Shown here one piece after another: positions 29,701 through 38,445 of a stretch of 64,000 bases of DNA. The translations under genes were made by a program, and so were the position numbers. Below the pieces are notes generated by a model that worked only from the letters and a program-made list of their open reading frames with translations, did not search any database and was not told where the DNA came from. Origin of the DNA: Candidatus Omnitrophota bacterium (GTDB lineage: Bacteria > Omnitrophota > Gorgyraeia > Gygaellales > Profunditerraquicolaceae); assembly GCA_041653955.1 (NCBI GenBank), contig JBAZEH010000003.1:6558-70557 (forward strand), given 5' to 3'. Each line of letters starts with the position of its first letter. The first letter of the stretch is position 1.

Positions 29701-31540
29701 CAGGCTCTGGTCCGGGGACGGTTTTTTGTTCACTAAAAACAACACGATTCCATTTTACGCTACCTCATCGCATAAATTATGCCGGCAACTCCAGGATATC
29801 CTGCTTAAACTGGGCATTGCCAGCCGCCTGGTAAAGAAAGAATTCAATTATGAACATAAGAACACTAAAGATACCAGGGTCGGCTACGCGCTTTATCTAT
29901 ATGGCTACGAAAGCATCGTTAAATTCATCACTCATGTTAGCTGCCACATAATCGGAAGGGCAGTCCAGCTGGAACAGCTGCGTAATTATTACAGGCAGGT
30001 GCCGCCTAATTTAGAAAGCAAGGATACTTTACCGGTATCAATAAAAGAAATAGTCAGGGAAGAAAAGGAAAAACTGGGGTTGACTTGGGAGGAAATAGAA
30101 AATAGGGCCGGAGTTTGCATGAAGGAATTTTATGGTGGAATAAAACCGCATAAAAAGGGCTTTAGACGCAGCACAATAATGCGGCTGGCCCGTTTCTTCG
30201 AGTCCGAAAAGTTATTAAGGTACGTTAACGCGCAGGTCGTATGGGACAGTGTAATATCCGTAGAATATATGGGCAGGGAGGAAACCTATGACCTGGAAAT
30301 AGAAGATACGCATAATTTTATCGCTAACGGCATAATAGTCCACAATTCACATTCAGCCGCATACGCGATGATCTCTTACCGCACTGCGTATCTTAAGGCG
30401 AATTATCCGGTTGAATTCATGTGCGCCCTGCTTACTTCGGAAAGGGATAATACCGATAAGATAGTGGAGTATGTCAATGAATCCGGCCGCATGGGGATAA
30501 AGGTCCTGCCTCCGGATATCAACGAGAGCGATTCGTTATTTAAGGTTATTGATAATAATACTATACGTTTTGGGCTTTTGGCGGTGAAGAATGTGGGGGG
30601 CGGAGCGGCGGAATCCATAGTTAATGCCAGGGGTGAGGGCCCCTTTGTTTCACTTGAGGACCTTTGCCGGCGCATTGATTCGCGGTTAGCCAACCGCAAG
30701 GTCCTGGAGAGCCTGATCAAATGCGGCGCCCTGGATACTTTTGGCTTGCCCAGAGCGCAGATGTTCGTTTCGCTTGCCACAATAATGGAGATATCTTCAA
30801 GGGCCCAGAAAGAGAAGGCAAAAGGGCAGATATCCTTCTTTGATGCCGGGTTTTCGGATAACTCCTTTAAGGAGACGGCGAATAATATGCCGTCCATAAA
30901 GGAGTGGCCTGAACCGCAGCTTTTGGCTTTTGAGAAAGATATGCTGGGGTTTTATGTCACCGGGCACCCGTTGGCGCGTTATGCCCATGAGCTTAAGCGT
31001 TTTACTTCTTCCTCAACCTCTAACTTGCACCAATACGATGACGGCAGGGAGATAAAGATAGTAGGTTTGATCGCTAAAATAAAACAGACTGTTACGCGCG
31101 CCAAGCAGGAGAAGATGGCTATATTAAAATTAGAGGACCTTGAAGGGATCGTTGAGGTCCTTGTTTTTCCCGCTACTTTCAAGAGGTCATCCCGGTATAT
31201 ATTGCCCAGCACGGTGGTGATGGTAACAGGGAGGATTGACCTGAAGGAGGATACCCCCAAGATATTAGCCAGCGACATTTTTCCGATGGACGAAGTTTAT
31301 AAACTGATCACCGCCGTCAATATAAACCTTTCGGGGATAAGGGAGAACCTTTTTGAGAGTTTAAAGGAGCTTTTGGCCCGTTATCAGGGAAAGATCCCCG
31401 TGTATATGCACCTGGATACGCCTTCCAAGTCAAGGGTGCATATGGTTGTAGGTGAAGGGCTATATGTTTTGCCTTCCGATGAGCTGATAAAAGAGATAGA
31501 ATCCCTTCTTGGTGAAGACCGCGTCTCTTTGATAATGTAA
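26735..31540 (+). CDS. dnaE: DNA polymerase III alpha subunit (DnaE) precursor containing an intein
   Basis: N-terminal PHP domain HLHLHTQYSLLDG, polymerase core, OB fold; 1601 aa = ~1144 aa DnaE + 457 aa intein. Confidence 0.95.
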   Translation: MPHSDFVHLHLHTQYSLLDGACRIPQLLERAKQYKMDSLAITDHGSMFGAMDFYMEARKAGIKPIIGCEVYIAPASRLDKSCGSIEEAAYHLILLARDETGYQNLIKLVSIGYLEGFYYRPRIDKEVLSQYQKGLIAMTACLKGEVPSLLQQKRFNDALKAADDYLNIVGKDNFYLEVQGNSIPEQKIVNEGLIKISKELNIPLVATNDVHYLSKEDAVSHEVLLCIQTQSTMNDPNRMRFQTNEFYFNSPEEMKELFRDIPGAVTNTLEIAGRCNLELDFSKVHLPRYDPPVGKTKEEYLRELSEIGLKEKFPGAGADIRERLEHEIGLIKDRGFISYFLIVWDFIHYAKKNNIPVGPGRGSAAGSLVSYLLGITDINPLKYGLLFERFLNPERQGLPDIDIDFCYERRNEVIDYVTAKYGKGNVAQIITFGTMQARAVVRDVGRVMGLAYAEVDRIAKMIPPDPGMSLKDALESEGELKNLYKSDPQITKLINVALSLEGLNRHASTHAAGVVIADKPLDNYMPLFETQDGQITTGYSMSVLEKIGLLKVDFLGLRTLTVIDETRKIIEKTRGLKLDIENLSLDEPNTYKLLGSGQTVGVFQVESSGMRDLLKKLQPDHFEDLIALLALYRPGPIGSGMLDDFMQRRHGRVPIKYHHPKQERILKETYGIIVYQEQIMQIVAELAGFSLAQADLLRRAIAKKIPEVMEQQRKNFILGCIKNHISESVANRIFDLIEYFAGYGFNKCVVGSTEIIDGDTGKVISVRELFERKGVINSTLSCDDNLKITKKKIKDVVNNGVKPVYKLKTALGREITATSNHPFFTISGWKNLGDLRIGERIGLARSLPCGTSTVAPYKLIALAGILSEGNTCHPSGAYYYNNDRIQVDDFVNSLKGFENTVARVKKRRGRFEVYAGTGKDTRFLKGGAPWNKGFNKEDYGAAVKLITGRKCGLRLWIEELGLDYKKATEKFIPQEIISLDKEQLSLFVGRLWSGDGFLFTKNNTIPFYATSSHKLCRQLQDILLKLGIASRLVKKEFNYEHKNTKDTRVGYALYLYGYESIVKFITHVSCHIIGRAVQLEQLRNYYRQVPPNLESKDTLPVSIKEIVREEKEKLGLTWEEIENRAGVCMKEFYGGIKPHKKGFRRSTIMRLARFFESEKLLRYVNAQVVWDSVISVEYMGREETYDLEIEDTHNFIANGIIVHNSHSAAYAMISYRTAYLKANYPVEFMCALLTSERDNTDKIVEYVNESGRMGIKVLPPDINESDSLFKVIDNNTIRFGLLAVKNVGGGAAESIVNARGEGPFVSLEDLCRRIDSRLANRKVLESLIKCGALDTFGLPRAQMFVSLATIMEISSRAQKEKAKGQISFFDAGFSDNSFKETANNMPSIKEWPEPQLLAFEKDMLGFYVTGHPLARYAHELKRFTSSSTSNLHQYDDGREIKIVGLIAKIKQTVTRAKQEKMAILKLEDLEGIVEVLVFPATFKRSSRYILPSTVVMVTGRIDLKEDTPKILASDIFPMDEVYKLITAVNINLSGIRENLFESLKELLARYQGKIPVYMHLDTPSKSRVHMVVGEGLYVLPSDELIKEIESLLGEDRVSLIM
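28976..30346 (+). mobile_element. intein with LAGLIDADG homing endonuclease domain, inserted in DnaE between GYGFNK and SHSAAYA
   Basis: Begins CVVGSTEI (Cys1), block B TATSNHPFFT, two LAGLIDADG-like motifs (LIALAGILSEGNT, LFVGRLWSGDGFL), ends IIVHN followed by Ser +1. Flanking exteins reconstitute the conserved GYGFNKSHSAAYA polymerase motif. Confidence 0.85.
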
Positions 31541-31616
31541 AAAACGATTAAAATAAACAGGTTGAGTTTTAATAATAAAGGCTATAAATAATATAAAGAA
31601 TCACATTTTAGCTTAT

Positions 31617-32054
31617 ATGGCCGGGAAAACCAGTCATTCTCGTATTCGCGCTTTCACTCTTCTGGAATTGATAATAGTAATTATTGTCGTGGGAGTATTA
31701 GGTTCTCTCGGTTTTTCCCAGTACAGCAAGTTAATGGAAAGATCCAGATGTGCCGAGGCAAAGGCTATTCTTGGAGCGATAAGGACCGCGCAGACCGCCT
31801 ATAAACTTTCTTACGGCGGGTATGCCGCAAGCCTTGCAGAGATTGGCGTAGAGGCTCCAGCTGTCTGTGAATCTACGCACTATTTTCGTTATTATCTCGG
31901 CGATAGCAATAATAGCGCGTTTGCGGCCCGCTGCGGTAGCGGAGGGAAGTATCCTGATTATCCTTCATGCCCGTATCATTGCCGCACTGAGTGGTATTAT
32001 GGCAATGTATTCTGCGGCGTTTATCAGGATGGTGTCTGGGTACAAAGATGGTAG
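31617..32054 (+). CDS. prepilin-type N-terminal cleavage/methylation domain protein (type IV pilin / pseudopilin-like)
   Basis: MAGKTSHSRIRAFTLLELIIVIIVVGVLG: class III signal with (A)FTLLE motif and hydrophobic helix; Cys-rich C-terminal region. Confidence 0.7.
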   Translation: MAGKTSHSRIRAFTLLELIIVIIVVGVLGSLGFSQYSKLMERSRCAEAKAILGAIRTAQTAYKLSYGGYAASLAEIGVEAPAVCESTHYFRYYLGDSNNSAFAARCGSGGKYPDYPSCPYHCRTEWYYGNVFCGVYQDGVWVQRW

Positions 32055-32070
32055 GAAGGCACATTTTCCC

Positions 32071-32099
32071 TTGACATCGTAAATTTTTGGTATTATTAT
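32071..32099 (+). promoter_or_regulatory. sigma-70 type promoter for the HU/IHF gene
   Basis: TTGACA (32071-32076) - 17 nt - TATTAT (32094-32099), then GAGGAGG SD. Confidence 0.55.
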
Positions 32100-32123
32100 A
32101 GTTAGACATAGAGGAGGTGCCAT

Positions 32124-32396
32124 ATGACCAAGAAGGATATTATTTTAAAGGTATCTGATGAGACGAACCTGAAGCAAATAGATGTAAAAAAGGTCGTGCA
32201 AAAGACATTTGACTGCATAATTGAGGCCCTGATAAGAGGGGAAAAGATAGAGTTGCGTAATTTCGGCGTTTTTAAGATAAAACAGAGAAAAAGCCGTATA
32301 GGCAGGAACCCCCGCACAGGCCAGGTAGTCCCTGTTCCGTCCAGAAAAGTAGTTATCTTTAAACCAGGCCTGGAGATAAAGAAGAAAGTCAAATAA
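32124..32396 (+). CDS. HU/IHF family DNA-binding protein
   Basis: 90 aa, ...LRNFGVFKIKQRKSRIGRNPRTGQVVPVPSRKVVIFKPG beta-arm motif. Confidence 0.85.
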   Translation: MTKKDIILKVSDETNLKQIDVKKVVQKTFDCIIEALIRGEKIELRNFGVFKIKQRKSRIGRNPRTGQVVPVPSRKVVIFKPGLEIKKKVK

Positions 32397-32458
32397 AGAA
32401 TCAATTCATAGTTTGAGCCCGCCATACAAATCCGGACTATATATAACCATTATTACTT

Positions 32459-33709
32459 ATGTTTAAGAGAACGCCGGGAACAAAAGATATTTTACCCGAA
32501 GAATCCTCCTTATGGCAGTCAATAGAGGATACTACCCGCAGGATATTCTCTCTCTATAATTACGGCGAGATACGTACTCCCATTATTGAAGACGCGGGGT
32601 TATTCTCGCGTTCGCTCGGAGAGACGGCGGAGATAGTCCAGAAACAGATGTTCCTGATAAAAAAGGACAAGGATACCTATGCCATGAGGCCTGAAGGGAC
32701 CGCCTCGGTGGTAAGGGCTTATATAGAAAATAACCTGGATAAGAGCGCCGGTTTAATCAAGGCTTACTATATCGGTCCGATGTTCCGGGCGGAGCGCCCG
32801 CAAAAGGGGCGTTTGCGCCAGTTCCATCATTTAGGGTGCGAGGTGATCGGTTCCGCAGCCCCGGAATTGGACGTTGAGGTATTATCCCTGGCAGATAGCC
32901 TGCTTAAGGCATATAATATAGAAGGATATGAGATCAAGCTGAACACCCTTGGCTGCGCTGATGATAAGAAGGGATTAACGCAAAACCTGCGTAAGGCATT
33001 GAAGGGCAGGCTGAAGGACTTATGCGGTGATTGCAAGGCCAGGTTTGAGCGCAATATCCTAAGGGTCCTGGATTGTAAAAATGAAGGTTGCATCAAAGTT
33101 GTCCGGGACTTGGATATGGGGGATGGGCATCTTTGCGCGGAATGTAAAGAGCATTTTAATAAAGTAAGGGAAGGATTGGATCTGTTGGGAGTGGGTTATA
33201 AAGTAAGCCCTCACCTTGTGCGCGGCCTGGATTATTATACCCGCACAGTATTTGAGATAGCGCATAACGGGCTGGGGGCGCAGAATGCCCTGGGGGCGGG
33301 AGGCAGATACGATAATCTGGTCTCTGAACTTGGAGGGCCTGACCTTGGCGCCGTAGGTTTCGCGCTGGGTATAGAAAGATTGCTATTGGTTTTGGCGGCT
33401 GAACCCCGCAAGGGCAGCGGGTTAGCCTATATCATTACTATGGGGGATGCGGCCAGGAAAGAAGGCCTGAAGCTTCTGGATATCCTGCGAAAGGATGGGA
33501 TCGCCTCTGACACAGATTATGAGGGAAGGTCCCTGAAAGGGGCGCTTCGCCGGGCGAATGACTTATCCGCGCGTTTTGCCCTTATTATCGGTGATGATGA
33601 AATAAAGAAGGATGTTATTACGGTCAAAGATATGGTTTCAGGCGAACAAAAACAGATAAACCGGGGCGGGCTGAACGGTATTTTAAAAGGATCATCGCAA
33701 AAAGGATAA
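32459..33709 (+). CDS. hisS: histidine--tRNA ligase
   Basis: Class II aaRS motifs (RPEGT, FRAERPQKGR, GGRYDNL) and C-terminal anticodon-binding domain. Confidence 0.9.
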   Translation: MFKRTPGTKDILPEESSLWQSIEDTTRRIFSLYNYGEIRTPIIEDAGLFSRSLGETAEIVQKQMFLIKKDKDTYAMRPEGTASVVRAYIENNLDKSAGLIKAYYIGPMFRAERPQKGRLRQFHHLGCEVIGSAAPELDVEVLSLADSLLKAYNIEGYEIKLNTLGCADDKKGLTQNLRKALKGRLKDLCGDCKARFERNILRVLDCKNEGCIKVVRDLDMGDGHLCAECKEHFNKVREGLDLLGVGYKVSPHLVRGLDYYTRTVFEIAHNGLGAQNALGAGGRYDNLVSELGGPDLGAVGFALGIERLLLVLAAEPRKGSGLAYIITMGDAARKEGLKLLDILRKDGIASDTDYEGRSLKGALRRANDLSARFALIIGDDEIKKDVITVKDMVSGEQKQINRGGLNGILKGSSQKG

Positions 33710-33710
33710 A

Positions 33711-35114
33711 ATGCTGCGTACACATACTTGCGGGGAACTTAATGAGAGCCATCTAGGGAAAGAGGCCACTTTGTGCGGGTGGGTAGCAAGCCGCCGTGAC
33801 CACGGTAAGTTGATATTTATAGATATACGCGACCGTTACGGGATAACCCAGGTTGTCTTTATACCTAAGGATTCCGCGGATTCTTATAAGCTCGCCCAGG
33901 GCTTAAGGAGCGAATTTGTGATCAGGGCAACCGGTGTGGTTAATAAGAGGCCGGAGGGCACGATCAACCCTAAACTATCAACGGGGATGGTGGAGGTTTG
34001 CGCTAAGTCTCTTGAGATATTAAACCCCAGTATTACCCCGCCTTTTGAGATCAGCGAGAACCTTGATATAAGCGAAGAGGCCCGCCTTAAATACAGGTAC
34101 CTGGACCTGCGCAGGAGAAAGGTATTTGAAAATTTTATCATGAGGCACGAGTTATATAAAAGTATACGCGCTTTATTGAATAAGGAGGGTTTTATAGAGT
34201 CCGAGACGCCCATACTTACCAAGTCTACTCCGGAGGGGGCGCGCGATTACCTTGTCCCTTCGCGGCTTAATCCGGGCCATTTTTACGCCCTGCCGCAGTC
34301 GCCCCAGCTATTCAAGCAGATACTAATGGTTGCCGGGATAGAAAGGTATTACCAGATCGCCAAATGTTTCCGCGATGAAGACCTGCGCGCCGACCGCCAG
34401 CCTGAATTCACCCAGCTTGACCTGGAGATGTCTTTTGTGGATGAAGAGGATATATTTTCCCTGGCTGAACGCCTGGTATCATCGGTAATGAAAGAGGTAA
34501 AAGGTATTAATATAAAAACCCCATTTCCCCGCATAACATATGACGAAGCCCAGAAGAAATACTCAAGCGATAAACCCGACCTCAGGAAAGAGCTTGGGTC
34601 TGATTTTGCTTTTGTATGGGTAGTGGATTTCCCTTTATTCAAATATAACGATGAAGAGAAGCGCTGGGAGAGCGAGCACCATCCTTTTACAGCCCCCAGG
34701 GATGAGGATGCGGGGGACCTTGAAAAAGAGCAGGCTAAAGTAAAGGCCCGCTCCTATGACCTGGTGCTGAACGGTATGGAGATAGGTTCGGGTTCTATCA
34801 GGATACACAACCAGGAATTGCAGGAGAGGATATTTAATATTATAGGCATAGGAAGGGATGAGGCGCGTAAACGTTTCGGTTTTCTTTTAGAAGCTTTTCA
34901 GTATGGCGCTCCGCCCCATGGGGGTATTGCCATAGGATTGGACAGGTTCCTTGCTATTTTGTCGGGTGAGAACAGCATAAGGGAGATGATAGCGTTCCCC
35001 AAGACGAGCGCGGGATCATGCCCCTTGACCGGGGCGCCTTCGCAGGTAGATGAAAAACAATTGAAAGAATTGCATATTATGGCTAAGACGGTAAAAGAGA
35101 GGAGGAAGGAATGA
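33711..35114 (+). CDS. aspS: aspartate--tRNA ligase, compact form without GAD insertion domain
   Basis: OB-fold N-terminus, QSPQLFKQ, FRDEDLRADRQPEFTQLD (motif 2), GGIAIGLDR (motif 3); 467 aa. Confidence 0.85.
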   Translation: MLRTHTCGELNESHLGKEATLCGWVASRRDHGKLIFIDIRDRYGITQVVFIPKDSADSYKLAQGLRSEFVIRATGVVNKRPEGTINPKLSTGMVEVCAKSLEILNPSITPPFEISENLDISEEARLKYRYLDLRRRKVFENFIMRHELYKSIRALLNKEGFIESETPILTKSTPEGARDYLVPSRLNPGHFYALPQSPQLFKQILMVAGIERYYQIAKCFRDEDLRADRQPEFTQLDLEMSFVDEEDIFSLAERLVSSVMKEVKGINIKTPFPRITYDEAQKKYSSDKPDLRKELGSDFAFVWVVDFPLFKYNDEEKRWESEHHPFTAPRDEDAGDLEKEQAKVKARSYDLVLNGMEIGSGSIRIHNQELQERIFNIIGIGRDEARKRFGFLLEAFQYGAPPHGGIAIGLDRFLAILSGENSIREMIAFPKTSAGSCPLTGAPSQVDEKQLKELHIMAKTVKERRKE

Positions 35115-35671
35115 GGGCACAGGTCAAATTCTATTTATTGGGTTTATCTTTCGCGGTGGTATTGTCGGGGTGCGTGGTCAGGTCATATCCTGTTACCAGG
35201 GACAGGGTTGACCAGGATCTAAGCGGTAACCGCGGGTACCTTAAGGGCGATATGCCTGCGGATGAAATGAAAGACAGGAAGGCCACACGCACTACCCAGG
35301 TAGTAGAGGTGGAATTCTATCCGCCGGTAAGATTTGAAAAGAAGCCAAAAACAAAAGCAATGACGGCGGGATCCGTAGATAAGGCCTCTGCCGCAGACAA
35401 AGAGGTATGGGGTAACCGCGGATATATCATGGAGACTACTTCTCCTGATATAGCCGAACCCGTATCTATGGCAAAGAGTGAGAAATATACCGTGCAAAAA
35501 GGGGATACCCTGCAGAAGATATCGCAGAAATTTTACGGCACCACAAAAAGATGGAACAAGATATTTGAGGCGAACAGCGATAAGCTGAAAGCCCCTAACA
35601 AGATCTATCCGGGCCAGGTGATAGATATCCCGGTAGAATCAATGAAGGAGCCGGCAGCTAACCTGAAATAA
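35111..35671 (+). CDS. LysM-domain lipoprotein
   Basis: Signal peptide with lipobox LSGC; C-terminal LysM (YTVQKGDTLQKISQKFYG...IYPGQVIDIP). Confidence 0.7.
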   Translation: MRAQVKFYLLGLSFAVVLSGCVVRSYPVTRDRVDQDLSGNRGYLKGDMPADEMKDRKATRTTQVVEVEFYPPVRFEKKPKTKAMTAGSVDKASAADKEVWGNRGYIMETTSPDIAEPVSMAKSEKYTVQKGDTLQKISQKFYGTTKRWNKIFEANSDKLKAPNKIYPGQVIDIPVESMKEPAANLK

Positions 35672-36628
35672 GTGGATAAAATAATCAAAGTAGAAACGCA
35701 TGGGGAGGCCCAGGCAATATTCGGGCCGCGCGATGAGAACGCCAAGGCCATAGAGAAAGAATTCAAGGTCAAGCTGACGCTTCGCGGCGAGCATATAAAA
35801 GTAAGCGGTACTTTGGCTAATATCAAGAAGGCCTGCGCTCTTATTGAATATATGCTTACTGCGATACGCGCCGGCCAGGGCGGGATAGGCAGGACGGACC
35901 TTCCCTATTTAATGGCAGGTTTTAATAAGTCCAAAGGTGCGCGCCCGGTCAATATCCCTGATTCCGATATTACGCGCTCATTCTCAGGGAAGAGTATAGG
36001 CCCTAAGACAAAGGGGCAGCGCGAGTACGTAGAAGCAATTAAAAAGCACGATATAACCTTTGGCATAGGCCCCGCGGGTACGGGAAAAACATACCTGGCT
36101 ATGGCATGCGCGGTGGAGGCCTTAAAGAAGCAGGAAGTGCGCAGGCTTATACTTACGCGCCCGGCTATAGAAGCGGGGGAGTCCCTGGGGTTCCTGCCCG
36201 GGGATATGTATGAAAAGATATCCCCGTACCTACGGCCGCTGTATGACGCCATCTATGATATGATGGATGCCGAACGCATAGAGAAATACCTTGAGACCGG
36301 TATCATAGAGGTGGCGCCGCTGGCATATATGCGCGGCAGGACATTGAATGACGCCTTCATAATACTGGATGAGGCGCAGAACGCGACCCGCGAACAGATG
36401 AAGATGTTCCTGACCCGCCTGGGTTTTGATTCCAAGGCCGTCATAACGGGGGACATAACGCAGAGCGACCTGCCGGAAGGCAGGCCCATAGGCCTGCTGC
36501 AGGCGCAGGATATACTGAAAGATATTGAAGGGATCAATTTCATATATTTTACGGGTTCGGATGTGGTAAGGCACGCTTTAGTGCAAAGGATAATAGAGGC
36601 ATATGACAAAAATTCCCGTTCTAAATAA
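35672..36628 (+). CDS. phoH: PhoH-like ATPase (YbeZ family)
   Basis: GPAGTGKTYLA Walker A, ILDEAQN; GTG start; conserved phoH-HD-ybeY neighbourhood. Confidence 0.85.
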   Translation: MDKIIKVETHGEAQAIFGPRDENAKAIEKEFKVKLTLRGEHIKVSGTLANIKKACALIEYMLTAIRAGQGGIGRTDLPYLMAGFNKSKGARPVNIPDSDITRSFSGKSIGPKTKGQREYVEAIKKHDITFGIGPAGTGKTYLAMACAVEALKKQEVRRLILTRPAIEAGESLGFLPGDMYEKISPYLRPLYDAIYDMMDAERIEKYLETGIIEVAPLAYMRGRTLNDAFIILDEAQNATREQMKMFLTRLGFDSKAVITGDITQSDLPEGRPIGLLQAQDILKDIEGINFIYFTGSDVVRHALVQRIIEAYDKNSRSK

Positions 36629-38003
36629 TAAGGAGAATATTCTTTCGGGGTTCATGGCAAAACATATACGCCTGAGGCACTCCGGGATAAAGCTGGCTCT
36701 CGGGGCGTTATTGGTGTTCATGGTGAGCTATATCCTGGGGATTAATTTCATAATACCCCTGCTTTTGGTGTGCGTCCTGGCATACCTGAAATCTTTCTTT
36801 AGTGATTACAGGCTGCTGCATTTAACTTTTCTTTTTGTGATCATATTCGCGATAAGTTATTTTATCGTTCAGGAAGGGCTGCCGGTATTTTATATACCTT
36901 TTGTCGTAATACCGATGCTTGCGGCGATGCTTTTTGAAGAGCTGGCGTTCTCCCTGCTGATCACGCTTGTTTCCTCGGTTACTATCGCTTATTTTGTCGG
37001 GGATATTTATACCGCGCTGCTTTTCCTGGTAAGCGGATTGCTTTCTATTGTTTTTACGCGCGGTGCGCGTAACCGCGTGACGATAATCCGCGCAGGCTTC
37101 GCCGCCGGGCTGGCGCAGGCAGCGGCAGTATTCTTCATAGACCATTTCAGCGTAAGCCACCCGCATATTTATCTTATGTTCATGCTTAACGGCGTAATTT
37201 CAGGCCTGGTGGTTATAGGTATATTACCCGTTTTTGAATACTTTTTTAAGACCGTGACAAATATAAGCCTGCTTGAGATGGCTGATTTCGGGCAGCCGCT
37301 ATTGCAGCGCATGATGCTTGAGGCGCCCGGGACCTATCACCACAGTTTAGTCGTGGGGAATCTTTCCGAAGCCGCCTGTCAGGCTGTAGGGGCTAATGCC
37401 CTGTTAGCCAGGATAGGCGCGTATTACCACGATATAGGCAAATTACAGAAACCGGAATATTTTAGCGAGAACCAGGATATCAAAGACAGTAAGCATGACG
37501 CCCTCGCGCCTACAATGAGCAAGCTGGTGATTATGAACCATGTCAATGACGGAGTCGAGCTTGCCAAAAAATACAGGCTCAACTTGCGGTTGCTGGATTT
37601 TATACAGAGCCACCACGGCACAAGCCTGGTATATTATTTTTACCGCCGCGCGCTGGAAAACAGGGAAGAGGATGAAAATGTGGCAGAAGAGGGGTTTCGT
37701 TATGAGGGGCCTAAGCCGCACACCAAGGAGACCGCTATAGTGCTTTTGGCTGATTCGGTTGAGGCGGCGACTAAATCTTTGAAGGAGCCCAGCCACAGCG
37801 ATATCGAAGAAGTGGTCCATAAGATCATCAATAATAAGTTTATCGACAGGCAGCTTGATGAGTGCGACCTGACCCTTAAGGACCTGGATAAGATATCCGC
37901 AGTATTTATACGCATCTTAAGCGGCATATACCATGCGCGCGTAACCTATCCCGAAAAAGAAACAACCGGTAGTGATAATAACCATAAGAAACCTGCAAAA
38001 TAA
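36603..38003 (+). CDS. 7TM-receptor with intracellular HD hydrolase domain (PgpH/YqfF family, short form)
   Basis: Seven predicted TM helices followed by HD domain (HHSLVVGNLSEAAC...YHDIGKLQKPEYFSEN...HHGTS); sits between phoH and ybeY as pgpH does in Firmicutes. Confidence 0.7.
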   Translation: MTKIPVLNNKENILSGFMAKHIRLRHSGIKLALGALLVFMVSYILGINFIIPLLLVCVLAYLKSFFSDYRLLHLTFLFVIIFAISYFIVQEGLPVFYIPFVVIPMLAAMLFEELAFSLLITLVSSVTIAYFVGDIYTALLFLVSGLLSIVFTRGARNRVTIIRAGFAAGLAQAAAVFFIDHFSVSHPHIYLMFMLNGVISGLVVIGILPVFEYFFKTVTNISLLEMADFGQPLLQRMMLEAPGTYHHSLVVGNLSEAACQAVGANALLARIGAYYHDIGKLQKPEYFSENQDIKDSKHDALAPTMSKLVIMNHVNDGVELAKKYRLNLRLLDFIQSHHGTSLVYYFYRRALENREEDENVAEEGFRYEGPKPHTKETAIVLLADSVEAATKSLKEPSHSDIEEVVHKIINNKFIDRQLDECDLTLKDLDKISAVFIRILSGIYHARVTYPEKETTGSDNNHKKPAK

Positions 38004-38409
38004 GGTTCCCGTTGATACCGCGAGAGTGGCCAGTATAGCCCGGAGGGTTTTATCCTCGGAGCGGGTCAGGAAGGGCGGGGAGATCGCGTTTTCTTTTGTA
38101 AACGACAGCATTATAAGGAAGCTTAACCTGAAATATCTCGGCCATGACAGGCCGACTGATGTTATCGCGTTTGACCTGTCGGACGCCTGCCGGCCCGGAA
38201 AGATTTCCGCGGATATAGTTATATCCTGCGAGACCGCGTCCGCTAACGCGAAAAGATTCAATACTACCCCATCATACGAACTGTATTTATATGTGGTCCA
38301 CGGCGTATTGCACATACTGGGATACGATGACCGCGATAAAAGAAGCAGGGCGCGTATGCGCCTTAAAGAAGAGGCTTTATTAAGAATCCCGGGCCTTTCG
38401 TTTAAATAA
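37972..38409 (+). CDS. ybeY: rRNA maturation endoribonuclease YbeY
   Basis: HGVLHILGYDD zinc-binding motif; GTG start overlapping the preceding gene. Confidence 0.85.
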   Translation: MIITIRNLQNKVPVDTARVASIARRVLSSERVRKGGEIAFSFVNDSIIRKLNLKYLGHDRPTDVIAFDLSDACRPGKISADIVISCETASANAKRFNTTPSYELYLYVVHGVLHILGYDDRDKRSRARMRLKEEALLRIPGLSFK

Positions 38410-38445
38410 CATTTCTTTAACAGGCCATTCTAACATCTTTTAAAA

